Origin: Octopus sinensis
Lineage: Eukaryota
Direction of reading: 5' to 3'
Assembly: GCF_006345805.1 (NCBI RefSeq)
Contig: NC_043009.1
Span: forward strand, 47,306,001-47,370,000
DNA length: 64,000 bases
Shown here: positions 1 to 11,784 of the stretch, one piece after another
Position numbering within the stretch: the stretch's first letter is position 1
How the letters are laid out: each line of letters opens with the position of its first letter
Translations under genes and position numbers: made by a program
The notes under the pieces: model-generated
The model's database searches: none
Told to the model about the DNA's origin: nothing
Seen by the model: the letters and a program-made list of their open reading frames with translations, nothing else

Positions 1-77
1 TATTATTCAGAAACATAAGGGTTGGCAACAGGAAGGGTATCTTGCCAGACAAATCTGCCTCAATAAAAAACTCCATC

Positions 78-430
78 CTAGAATCATGTGGTTGGTTCCC
101 AACCACATGGTTCTGGTTTCAGTCTCACTGCATGGCACCTTGGGCAAGTGTCTTCTACTATAGCTTTGAGCTGACCAAAGCCTTATAAGAGGAATTGGAT
201 GACAGAAGCTGAAAGAAGCCTATTGTATATCTGTGTGTCTGTGTTTGTTCCCTATGACTGCTTGACAACCAGCGTTGGTGTGTTTATGTCCACATAACTT
301 AGCAGTTTGGCAAAAAAGACCAATGAGATAAGTACTAAGCTTCAAAAAATTGGTTTGGGGTCAATTTGCTCGATTAAAATTCTTCAAGCCATTCTCACAG
401 CAATGACTGAAAGAAGTAGAAGATAAAAGG
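78..430 (+). mobile_element. Degenerate tRNA-derived SINE, family A
   Basis: aaccacatggttc..cagtc.cactgcatggcaccttgggcaagtgtcttctactatagc head and body; tail resembles gactgaaa..agtaaaag. Confidence 0.75.
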
Positions 431-453
431 AAATATGAATGATATTTATTCTA

Positions 454-2845
454 CAGGACAACAAAGATTTTACTACTGAAGTAAAAGCACGTGTTTTAGA
501 CTAAATTGGGGATGCTGATTCCGAATCCGTGCTCAGAATTGTTCTAGCAGCCAGGATTTTGAGTTATACGCATGTACAAGATTATAACTATACTTCCGGC
601 TAGATGTAGGCCGTATTATAAAATTTGCTACAATAAAAGCAGTCTTAATTCAAAATGAAAGAAATAACAGCAATAAAACAAATGATGAGAAAGTTAATTA
701 TTTAGCTTAGCAATAGATGGCGCTGACATATTGTGTGCAAGTGCCAAATATGTCAGTTTGTTCTTGGTAACTCTTAGTGTCGTTTGCGCTGCCGTCACGT
801 GTGGTATGTGTATCTCTCGCTCTGCGTGATTACTGTTTTAACTGTATTCATTGCATTAGATCATGAATAAGACAGCCTATGTGAATCACTCAGACAACTT
901 TTGTTATGTCTGTGGAAAATTTGCTCCGCGTGACCAGTGGAAGAACATTGCCACCAAATTAAAAATTGCCTGTAAATATTATTTCAGGTGTAAAGTTGGG
1001 GACCAAGACAAGAGGTGGGTACCTCATATATGCTGCACCGTGTGTTACTCAGGGCTTACACAGTGGCTGAATGGAAAGCAGAAGGGAATGCCTTTTGCTG
1101 TATCAGTGGTATGGCATGAGCCAACCAATCATATCTCTGATTGTTACTTTTGCATGACTAATATTAGTGGTTTCTTAAAGAAGGCCAAGGCAAAAATTGT
1201 GTATGCAGATTGTAAGTCAGCTATAAAACCAGTCCCACATAACTTTGAGAACTGAGAACCCTGTCTCAATTCCTTCTCACATGCTTCACTTGAAAATCTT
1301 GACACATTGCACAGTGAGACCCCTGACTCTCCTATCAATAAAGAGTACGTAGGTGATTCTAAGAAAAATGAGCCAGGCTCATTTAATCAAGATTTGAACA
1401 ATTTAGCAAGAGACCTAGCATTGTCAAAGAAGAGGGCAGAAGTTTTGGAATCCAAACCACAATGGAATTTACTTATGGCAAGGTATGAAAATTTCCATTT
1501 TCTGTTCTCAACATAAAGGCTTATTTGTTTCAAGCAAGAAAATAATGCTTCTTTCTGTACTGACGTTAATGCAATCATGCAAAAACTAGGACACGGGCAT
1601 GTGGCTAATGAATGGAGATTGTTTATAGACTTGAATGACGTTAGCCTCAAATTATGTGTTGTCACATAATGGTAATGAAAAACGTTCCATTCTTGTGGGT
1701 CGTATTGTCAATATGGAAGAAACTTATGAATGGATGGAACTCTTTATGAATGGAGTTAATTACTCAGTTCATAAGTGGAATATTTGAGGTGATTTATAGG
1801 CGGTTTCCCTCCTCCTCAGACTGCAGTTGGGATATACCAAAAATATATGCTTCTTGTGTGTTTGGAATAGCTGTGATGACAGCAATCATTACACTGTAAA
1901 AGACTGGCCTAAAAGATTTGAGCTCATAGTTGGTCGGTACAGTGTGCAGCATATGTTACGGGTAGACCTGTAAAGGAATCTTCCTTCCACCCCTTCATAT
2001 CAAACTTGGCCTCATGAAAAACATTGTAAAAGCAATGACAGACGATGGTTGTGGCTTCCAGTACTTAAAAGTAAAATTTGGTGCAGAGAAAAGTGACACA
2101 AAACTTAAAACAGGCATTTTCATTGGACCCGAGATCAGAAAATTTATATCTGATAGCAAATTCAGGAGTAAACTGAATCCAGTTGAGCGGACGGCATGCG
2201 ATTCATTTGTATTAGCTGAACAGAACTTTCTTGGAAATCATAGAGCTGAAAACTATGTTAATTTAATAAACAACATGTTAACAGCATATGAAAGAATAGG
2301 ATGCCGAATGTCCTTAAATTGCACTTCTTGCATTCTCATCTCGATTTTTTTCCCAATGAATTTTGGTGTGTTTTGTGATGAGCATGGTGAGAGGTTCCAG
2401 CATGACATATCTGAGATGGAAATGAGGTATCAAGGCTGGTTCAATCCAGACATGCCGGGTGAGCACTGCTGGTTCCTACAACAGGAGACCAGCACGACGC
2501 ATAAGCGCAAGAACAAATGTCTCAAACATTTCTGAGCTGTGAATCTCAAAAGTAAAGTTTTCCCTTAACATAAATATACTATGTACCATTATATTATAAT
2601 ATTATTTGCCTTGAACATAAATTTATTACATACAGTACTAATATACTATTATAATAATTATTTATCTTGAACTTAACTTTTCCTGATTCTAATATAGTAT
2701 TAATACATAATTATGCACATAACTCAAAATCCTGACGTGCTACAGCAATTCTGAGTTCAGATTCGGAATCATTGTACTCGATTTAGTTTAGTACAGCACC
2801 AGTTGTCTGAGTAGCAGACAATAAATCTTTTTTTGTTGCTTAGTG
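454..2845 (+). mobile_element. Decayed near-full-length Chapaev3-type (CMC superfamily) DNA transposon
   Basis: ~110-bp imperfect terminal inverted repeats share gattccgaatc..ctcagaattg..tagca..caggattttgagttat. Right end is ...gttgcttagtg followed by TTA. The frameshifted transposase over 863-2535 has CYVCG..YF..GDQDK.W.PH.CC, EP.NH..DCYFC, DLN.L.RDL.LSK, WRLFID, GDL, GYTK..CFLC, (PP)LHIKLGL and DEHGERF.HDI motifs. Superfamily assignment is from recalled family features. Confidence 0.85.
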
Positions 2846-3022
2846 TTATTTATGTATTTAATCAACAGGTGTAGGTGAGACTGTGTGGTTAAGAAGCTTG
2901 CTTCCTAACCATGTGTTTCAGTACCTTTCTCTCATACTTTGAGTAAGTGACTTCTACTAAAACCCCAGACAGACCAAAACCATGCAAATGAATTTGCAAG
3001 ACAAAAACTGAAAGACATCCCT

Positions 3023-3053
<31 letters not shown>

Positions 3054-3064
<11 letters not shown>

Positions 3065-3387
3065 GAAATAAGGTACTCAGAAATCTGGATGGTTTTATAT
3101 TTACAGATATTTATTAATGTCACATATTTTTATAATTCATATATTAGCGCTTGCATCCACTCTGGTGGAGTCATCAGATTGAACTTTTTCAGGAATTTTG
3201 TCTCTTTCTATAGTATTATTGAGTGTGTAGGGGTGGAGAGAGATGTAACAAAAAGTTCATTCTGACGACTCCACTAGAGTGGATGCAAGTGCTAATATAT
3301 GATTTATAAAAACATGTGACATATTAATAAATATCTGCAAATATAAAACCATCCAGATTCCTGAGTACCTCATTTCTTCTAATATAT
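3054..3387. repeat. Fold-back element with ~135-bp inverted arms
   Basis: 3054-3189 is the reverse complement of 3250-3387 with few mismatches; the element is embedded in (TA)n. Confidence 0.9.
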
Positions 3388-3412
3388 AATACCTGTACAT
3401 CATCTCCAAACC

Positions 3413-3453
<41 letters not shown>

Positions 3454-3484
3454 AGTTGTGTGTGTGTGTGTATATATATCTATA

Positions 3485-3703
3485 TACAAGAGGTTGCTGA
3501 AAAGTTCCTGGCTTTAGGTAAAAGAAAAACAGGTAGATTAGTTAATTATGATTTTATTCAATATATTCCCCTCTCAGATTCGCACACTTACTGCAGCAGT
3601 CCTTCAGTTTTTCTAAGCCCTCTAAAAGAACTCAGAACGTTGGGCCCCCAGCTAGGCCTTTCATGATACCCTTAAAGGCAGAAACTTTCTAGCACCCCCC
3701 CTC
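3485..3703 (-). mobile_element. Mariner-derived MITE retaining the transposase C-terminus
   Basis: TIRs gagg..gctgaaaagttcctggcttt / aaactttctagcacccccc. Minus strand encodes LEGLEKLKDCCSKCANLRGEYIE*, a mariner C-terminal motif. Confidence 0.8.
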
Positions 3704-4024
3704 TCTCTAACTATATAGACATATAATCATCATTTTGTTGAAGTCCACTTTTCCATGCCTGTCTGGGTTGGAGCTTTTTTATTGAGGAAGATTTGTCTTT
3801 GGCCCAACACCCCTTTTATTGCCAACTCTTTCCTGTTTCCAAGCAAAGTAACATTTCCCCTCGGTCAGATATGTTTTCACAGAATAGAATAAGTACCAGA
3901 GTTATAAATCGGTATTGGGGTTGATTTGGTTGACTGAACACTTTGAGGCAGTGCTCCAGCATGACCGCTATCCAATAACTGAAAGAAGAAGTAAACAATG
4001 AGAGACAGACAGATAGATAGATAT

Positions 4025-4432
4025 AGGCATAGGAGTGGCTGTGTGTTAAGTAGCTTGCTTACCAACCACATGGTTCCAGGTTCAGTCCCACTGCATGGCA
4101 CCTTGGGCAAGTGTCTTCTACTAGAGCCTTGGGCCAACCAAACCCTTGTGAGTGGATTTGGTAGACAGAAACTGAAAGAAGCTTGTCATATATATGCATA
4201 TATATATGTATGTGTATGTGTTTGTGTGTCTGTATTTGTCCCTCCGCCCAACATCGCTTGACAACCGATGCTGGTGTGTTTACGTCCCCCTAACTTAGCA
4301 GTTTGGGAAAAGAGACCGATAGAATAAGTACTAGGCTTACAAAGAATAAGTCCTGGGGTCGAATTGCTTGACTAAAGGTGGTGCTCCAGCATGGCCGCAG
4401 TCAAATGACTGAAACAAGTAAAAGAGTAAAGA
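4025..4432 (+). mobile_element. Full-length tRNA-derived SINE, family A
   Basis: Head ggagtggctgtgtg.taagtagcttgcttaccaaccacatggttcc.ggttcagtccc, internal (TA/TG) tract, tail gactgaaacaagtaaaagagtaaagag. Confidence 0.9.
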
Positions 4433-4999
4433 GAGATATGGTTGAAGGAGAGATAACCAGTGCTGGACAGCATAAGCTGCTAATGTAGTGACACTATCAA
4501 TTAATTCTTAGACGTTAATAAGAGGTTAATTAAAAGAAACTTGCTGATTACATTTACATTAGATTGTTATTCTATAATTATGAGAAATGTTTAGCGACTT
4601 GCCTCTGTTGTTCAGTATTAGAGTTGATTAAACTATGACAAAAGATGTTTCTTGGCTGGATTCAACGAAATACAGTTTCAATGTGATTCAACGGCCAATT
4701 CTGTTGTTTGACTTAGACAACATCAATTACACACCGTTAGCGTCTTCGTTATTCTCACCAGTAGCTTTACATTTAGGATTAACTTTTGGCGTGATAGTGT
4801 TATTAATTAATTGTTCTGATTGCAGGCATAGCTGTGAAGTTGAGATGTTTGCTTCCTAACTGTACAGTTTTCTCTTCAGGCCTCCTGTATGGAACCAAGT
4901 GCAAACCGTCTTCTATAACAGCTTCAAGCTAACCAATACATCACGAGTGGATTTGCTAGATATAAACTGAAAGAAGCCTGTCATATGTGTGAGCTGACT

Positions 5000-5185
5000 G
5001 AATCATTAGTATTGCTGGATGAAATGCTTGGCAGTTTTTTGCTTGTTGCTACATTCTGGATTCAAATTCCGCTGAGGTCAACTTTGCCTTTCATCCTTTC
5101 GGGGTCGATAAATTAAGGTTGATAAATTAAGCATCAGACTATCCCACTGCCCCAACTTTCAGGCCTTGTGCCTTTAGTAGAAAGG
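5000..5185 (+). mobile_element. SINE family C (core gaggtc.actttgcctttcatcctttcggggtcgat)
   Basis: B-box-like gagttcaaattcc followed by a conserved core resembling Deu/Nin-type SINE cores. Confidence 0.7.
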
Positions 5186-5559
5186 GTTATTATTTTCATT
5201 ATCCTCTTCTTCCAATTTTGTTTCCTTTTCTTATCGAGTGTCTTCTTGACACCTAGGGTAAAGAAACTCACTCTATACATTAGTGGGTCATTGAAAGAAA
5301 TACACCAGATTGTTCATTTACAAAGTCATGTGATAGAAAAAAAAGAGAAGAAAGACAGAGAGAAAAAGGTAAGAAGAAAATATGAAGAAAAAAAACAAAG
5401 AAAATAAAAGGGAGAAAGGAAAGAGAATTCACAGTGACAATGCTTTTTTCAATACATGTGACGTACTAGGGATCATCCTCTATCATTATTATTATTATTA
5501 TTGATGGCAGCAAGCTGGCAGAATTGTTAGCATACTCTACTTGTGAAGACCTATTGAGG

Positions 5560-6005
5560 CAAGTGAAAATCAAAATCATAATCGATCAACATCAATGGAA
5601 TTTGTAGCTGTGATACCAGTGCCGGTGGCACGTAAGAGAACCATCCGAACGTGGCCGTAGCCAGTGTCGCCCTGACTGGCCTCTATGCCGGTGGCACATA
5701 ACAAGCACCATCCAATCGTGGCCATTGCCAGCCTCGTCTGGTCTCCATGCTGGTGGCACATAAAAAGCACCATCCGATTGTGGCCGTTTGCCAGCCTCGT
5801 CTGGCACCTACAACCGGTGGCATGTAAAAAGCACCCACTACATTCACTGAGTGGTTGGCGTTAGGAATGGCATCCAGCCGTAGAAGCACTGCCAGATCAG
5901 ACTGGGCCTGGTGCAGCCTTCTGGCTTCCTAGACCCCAGTTGAACCGTCCAACCCATGCTAGCATGGAAAGCAGACGTTAAACGATGATGATGATGATGA
6001 TGATA
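5560..6005 (+). mobile_element. RTE-3'-end-derived element, family B, with internal ~50-bp tandem units and (GAT)n tail
   Basis: Four ggtggcac.taaaaagcaccatcc units, then ggttggcgttagga.gggcatccagc...gacgttaaacgatgatgat. Confidence 0.85.
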
Positions 6006-6057
6006 TATATATATACACATATATCTATCAACATATATATATATATATATATATATC

Positions 6058-6088
<31 letters not shown>

Positions 6089-6469
6089 TTAACGTCCGCT
6101 TTCCACGCTAGCATGGGTTGGACTGCTAGCATATATATATATATATATAGATAGATAGATATATGTGTACACATAAATATATATATATATGTATATATAT
6201 ATAACAGCAAAATTTTCATTTGCGCTGTTTTGCAAATATAAGAATCTGATGTGCAGCATAAAATACACATACACATGCACACACATACACACACACACTT
6301 GCACCAGATTTATAGCACAACAAGTATTTAGCAATGCTGCACCATTTACTCATGTCATATTTCTGATTTTTAATGTCAGTTAATAATTTAGTTCCTTGTA
6401 TATTATTAGAGATTTTGTTGTTTCCATGGGTTTCATGCATTTTACTGTTAATTTCACCCCATTATTTCT

Positions 6470-6810
6470 AAAAAGCCTACTAAAAAAAAAAAAACATTGA
6501 TAGAAGAACGGAGAGCTTTTAATGATGATTGATTGAAAGTAACGATTTTATATTGTTTCGGCTAAAGATAAACACGAATTTCTTCTTTTGTGATACGTCA
6601 GTATCAGCCGTAAAGAAATTTAATGTGCATTGTTATTACGCTACCTATAAGGACCATAAATATGCTCAAAAGAACCATCGCTATTATGTTACCCATAAAG
6701 ATCATAAACACACTTAAAAAGACTATTGTTTTTATGCAACCTACAAGGACCATAAATATGAACTAAGGAAACCATGAAAGGTTGTTGTAAGAAGTTTGAA
6801 AGATGAATGA
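6470..6810 (+). mobile_element. Possible hAT (Charlie/GTF2IRD2-like) transposase N-terminal relic
   Basis: Frameshifted ..ID.ERRAFNDD(W).. followed by CDTSVSAVKKFNVHCYYATYKDHKY, resembling the C..V.V.KE.N..RHY.T.H motif. Confidence 0.45.
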
Positions 6811-7496
6811 CAAAACAAAAATAAACGAAGACAGAAAGAAAGAAAAATGAAAAATGAAAAAGGAAGGCATTTTAAGCAGGCTTTTTGATATGAAAATATG
6901 ATAATAACAAAGCATTGTATAATGTGGTATGTATATTTGATAAAGATAAATTTAAATATTTTTTAAAAAGCCACTTCGCCTAGCTTATAAAATTTATTGC
7001 TGAACTAGAAGATTCATGTGAATTTAACAGATTAAGTTGTTTTTATACATTCATCAATTGAAGAGGAATACAATGGAAGCTTTTCTGACTTTGAGAAAGA
7101 TGACCTCATTCTAAATTTAGCATTTCAAACCTCACTTGGTTGTCTTTGAATATAGAATTAATTAGATTGTTCCATGGGTTAAAATTTCTTTACCCAGGTT
7201 GACTCTTTATAGAAAAGTAGTATTGTGCATCATTCATTTGCTCGTTATTACGTCTTTTTCTCAGTGTTAGCATGGGTCAGATGAATACATTATTGAGACA
7301 TTCTTTAACCACTGGATGCTGTTCCTGGTGCTAACCCACTATTACTTGGTTTTTCAAGTAAGGTCTATTTTTTCAACATGTCCATGAAGGCACAAAGCCA
7401 GTGAACAATCCCTTAACAGAGAAATGTCAACAACATCAACATCTATAGCTAAGTACTTTTCAGGAAAGGACTAATGTAAACATACACACACACGTG

Positions 7497-7537
<41 letters not shown>

Positions 7538-7539
7538 AA

Positions 7540-7674
7540 GGACTTGGCGTTAGGAAGGGTATCCAGCTGTAGAAACATTGCCAGATAAGACTGGAGCCTG
7601 GTGCAGCCTTCTGGCTTCCCAGATCCCTGGTCGAACCATCCAACCCATGCTAGCATGGAGAACGGACGTTAAAC

Positions 7675-7707
<33 letters not shown>

Positions 7708-7710
7708 ATA
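7540..7710 (+). mobile_element. Family B 3' end with (GAT)n tail
   Basis: ttggcgttaggaagggtatccagc...gacgttaaacgatgatgat, flanked by (TA)n. Confidence 0.85.
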
Positions 7711-7752
7711 TATGTATTTATCAAACCAGTTCAAATAAAAAATTATATATAT

Positions 7753-7796
<44 letters not shown>

Positions 7797-7849
7797 TATA
7801 TATATATTTATATATATATTTATATATATAGGGAGGAGGAGCTACAAAC

Positions 7850-9075
7850 TTGTGACATAGAGGGCAACTGGGAATTCTTGCAAGACAGCTTCGAGACAGC
7901 TTCTCGAAAAGGCAAGGCAAGCTTCTCTGAAAGCTGGGCATAGAATGCCATCAACTATTTGTAGATCTTGGAATGAAGTTGGTCCTCTCACTCCATTCAG
8001 AAGTCTCAAAGAATAACACTCTCCAGCTCTTGGGCTGATTGCGTACATCCTGCCAAAGGCCGGAACTTTCCAAACCGGGTCATCCTCATTCACTCCATCA
8101 ATCAAAGTACCTCTTTTGTGACAATTCCATTTCTTTGTGCTTTTAATCCAAATGTAATATTGTGGGAGTTCAGCATACTTCAATGTCTTTGCAAAGTCAT
8201 CATCTTGGCAGAGCTGGAAAAAAGCCTGTCAAAATCTGTAAGAGGTGGTGGGCCAACAACTCTCTATAATGCATTTTCTTCACGAAAGAGCACTCTTTGT
8301 CCATTCTCAAGATAAATTTCCAAACTGACAGCTAGTGGGAAATGCACATGTGTAGGATGCTCAACAATCCGCCATACAGCTTCTGATGATGACACATATC
8401 TCATATTTTGGTATTGGCTGATTTCATCAATCACCTGTGGTTCATGACTATTGACTTGTGCTGCATTTTGTAACTCAAAAACAGCTTGATCTCACCCATT
8501 TGATATGTATTTGATGCAGTACTTGATGGGATGAATTGATGAGCAGATTTCAACATTAATATGACCGTTGAATTGTCACAACAAATATGTATCGCAAGGC
8601 ACTACCCACTGATTGCTGATTTCTTGCTCAACTTGACGTCCATATTGTCTCATTTTGGTCTTGCTGATGTGACCTCTATTTCTGGCTTTCTCCTTCTATA
8701 TTTTGGATAGGAGTCATTCCTAGTTCAATAGCTTGTAGGAAATCTTTGGGAAATTGTTTGGAACATTTTCTGTCAATCATACATGGACCACATCATAGAG
8801 TTCTTTATCTTGCTCTTTGTTAGGGATTTCTGCAGAAATTGCTAAATTCTTCAGCTTTGATTTTGCGCTCTGGAGCTATCCAAAAAAAGTGTCCATGGAG
8901 TAAACATCTCTTTTGGTACTCAATAGTGTACAGTCATGCATACAAAGTACCAAATATTCCCTTTTTCATGTTCCATAAACTTTTTCACTTTTAATCTGAA
9001 GATTCTCATAAAACGATATTTGATTGATCTCTTGACCAGGAGCAAAATTGCCGTAATTCTAATATTTTGTTATAG
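7850..9075 (-). mobile_element. Helitron Rep (HUH endonuclease) domain fragment, pseudogenised
   Basis: Minus-strand motifs in order: RIFRLKVKKF, YTIEYQKRCLLHGH (8888-8930), WVVP, HINVEICSSIHPIKYCIKYI, DEISQYQNMRYVSSSEAVWRI, GRMYAISPRAGECYSLRL.NGVRGPTSF.DL, FREAC. Confidence 0.9.
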
Positions 9076-10113
9076 ATAAAATATATAAATTTGCAGAATC
9101 TTTCTTTAAAAGGGAGGTAATTTTGTTGTTTTACATTGAATTGATAGAAAAACCCCATGATAATAGAGGTTCAAACACTCAAGTTATGGGCTTCCAAAAT
9201 TTGCTTTATAAGGGCATTTAGCCTGGATTAGGGTGTCTTAATATTATTGAAATATGCTGATACTTTGGGAATAGGCATCATTTCTGTTCGTTTACCTATG
9301 GTTTAAATTTCATTTAAATCAATGGGGAAAAATTTTTCAGTGGGGGGTGTACTCCTGATAAAAGACTGCATCTGGAAGACTAACTTAAGTTGTAGATACA
9401 CTCACACATAAAAAAGACATAATTAAGGGTCACTTTACATTTTATTTCTAACTTTTAAGTTTCTAATTACCTTTTCATAAAAAATGTAATTATTAGTTGT
9501 CATTTAATTAATAAAAATTGTTTTTAATATGACCTTGTTAGATTGCACTTAATTCAATGTTGTCTTCAACAATAAAAAATGGTTTCCCCACCTTAACCCT
9601 GCTCTGAAATAATTAAAGAAAATATTGTCAGATATAAAGACAATATAGTTAATTGCAATGAAAGGAATATTTTTTCCCTTGATTTTTAAAAGTGAAACTA
9701 GAAACCCTTTCAATAACCATCCCACTTGGGACAACCTTTGAAATTTTTCTTTTCCTGATTAGCAAACAGAGAGTAAGCATCACAAATTCTACCAACTGTT
9801 CAACATAAACGACATAATGGTGAGCTACAGCTGCTGGTAGACTATGTTAAGTGCTTTTAAGAGTCATGATACAAAACTGGTGCAATCAATTAAGTGCAAA
9901 AGAAACCAACATGCAACTGCCAAAATATACAATAAAGAGCAAAAGCCTAAACAAAGGGCCTTATATGCCATCCTGATATATCCATTAATAATATCTCAAG
10001 TAGTTAAACAGATCAATTTCATACATAAGTTACCTACACTCAGTACAAAATCTTATTCGATTCTTTAACTTAATTGAATAAGAAAGACTTTCTAAATATA
10101 TTTGAAGATAAAG

Positions 10114-10520
10114 ACGCAGGAGTTGCTGTGTTGTAAGTAGCTTGCTTACCAACCACATGGTTCCGGGTTCATTCCCACTGCATGGTACTTTGGGCAAGTG
10201 TCTTCTACTATAGCCTCAGGCCGACCAAAGCCTTGTGAGTGGATTTGGTAGACGGAAACTGAAAGAAGCCCGTCGTATATATATGTATATATATATATAT
10301 GTGTGTGTGTGTTTGTGAGTCTGTGTTTGTCCCCCTAGCATTGCTTGACAACCGATGCTGGTGTGTTTATGTCCCCGTAACTTAGCGGTTCGGAAAAAGA
10401 GACTGATAGAATAAGTACTAGGCTTCCAAAGAATAAGTCCTGGGGTCAAATTGCTTGACTAAAGGCGGTGCTCCAGCATGGCCACAGTCAAATGACTGAA
10501 ACAAGTAAAAGAGATAAAGA
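10114..10520 (+). mobile_element. SINE family A
   Basis: Complete head, body and tail, as at 4025. Confidence 0.9.
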
Positions 10521-10769
10521 AATAATGGAGATACTCCCAGCACTCCATAATAAGTGACAAAGCACCAGATCTTAGAAAGGGACCAAAGTACCTTGACCCC
10601 TGCCTTACAGGAGACTTTCTAGGTCACTCATCTTTCCATTCCAATCCTAACAAAATTTCAACCTGTTGATACTTATCCAAATTTCTACTTGTAAACTTTA
10701 AACAGATCCTCTTGATAAATAGCAACTTATTCTGAATCAACATGACTATCTGAAAGAATACCACACATA

Positions 10770-10938
10770 CAGGTGTAGGCTTGGCTGTATGGTAAGAATC
10801 TTGCTTCTTATCCATGTTGTTCTGGGTTCAATCCTAAGGCATGGCACATTGGGCAAGCATCTTCTGCTGTAACCTTATGCCAATCAAAACCTTGTGAGTG
10901 GGTTTGGTAGATGGAAACTGAAAGAAACTCATGTATAG

Positions 10939-10977
<39 letters not shown>

Positions 10978-11215
10978 CACGTTAGTGTGTGTTTGTGTCT
11001 GTGTTTACCCCCACCACCACCACCAATGCTTGACGACTGGTGCTGGTGTGCTTATGTTCCCATAACTTAGTGGCTCAGCAAAAAGCGACCAATTGGATAA
11101 GTACCAGGTTTTAAAAAATTAAGTACTGGGGTTAATTTATTCAACTAAAAATTCCTCAAGGAAGTGCCACAGAATGGCCTCAACCTAATGACTGAAACAA
11201 GTAAAAGATAAAAGA
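10770..11215 (+). mobile_element. SINE family A, older copy with (TG)n
   Basis: Diverged head and tail motifs; internal (TG)n. Confidence 0.8.
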
Positions 11216-11234
11216 TAAATTATAAAATTATAGC

Positions 11235-11636
11235 TGCAGGAGTGGCTGTGTGGTAAGTAGCTTGCTTACCAACCACATGGTTCCGGGTTCAGTCCCACTG
11301 TGTGGCATCTTGGGTAAGTGTCTTCTACTCTAGCCTCAGGCCAACCAATGCCTTGTGAGTGGATTTGGTAAACGGAAACTGAAAGAAGCCCGTCGTATAT
11401 ATGTATATATATATGTGTGTTTGTGTGTCTGTGTTTGTCCCCCTAGCATTGCTTGACAACCGATGCTGGTGTGTTTACATCACCGTCACTTAGCAGTTTG
11501 GCATAAGCACCCGATAGAATAAGTACTGGGTTTACAAAGAATAAGTCCTGGGGTCGATTTGCTCGACTAAAGGCGGTGCTCCAGCATGGCTGCAGTCAAA
11601 TGACTGAAACAAGTAAAAGAGTAAAGAGAGTAAAAG
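11235..11636 (+). mobile_element. SINE family A
   Basis: Complete head, body and tail. Confidence 0.9.
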
Positions 11637-11784
11637 ATACACAATTTTAAATCATTCAATCATTAAAATGATTTTTATCAATTTTCTGAGGACTGTTAAT
11701 AACAAGGTTGATTACACAAAACTTATAAGTGGTTTCATGTATAACTTCAATGATTAATTTAATAAATGGCTATTTTGATGTTTG

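Noticed and set aside
4025-4100. tRNA-like sequence at SINE heads (A/B boxes)
   Set aside because: These lack a full cloverleaf and continue into SINE bodies, so they are not tRNA genes.
4635-4859. 74-aa ORF with a hydrophobic stretch
   Set aside because: Its 3' end runs into a SINE fragment and there is no homology support.
5625-5835. Repeat array superficially like CRISPR
   Set aside because: The units are tandem without unique spacers, lie inside a retroelement, and the DNA is eukaryotic with no cas genes.
9075-9760. Unassigned non-coding segment beside the Helitron fragment
   Set aside because: I found no terminus, TIR or coding signature to classify it.
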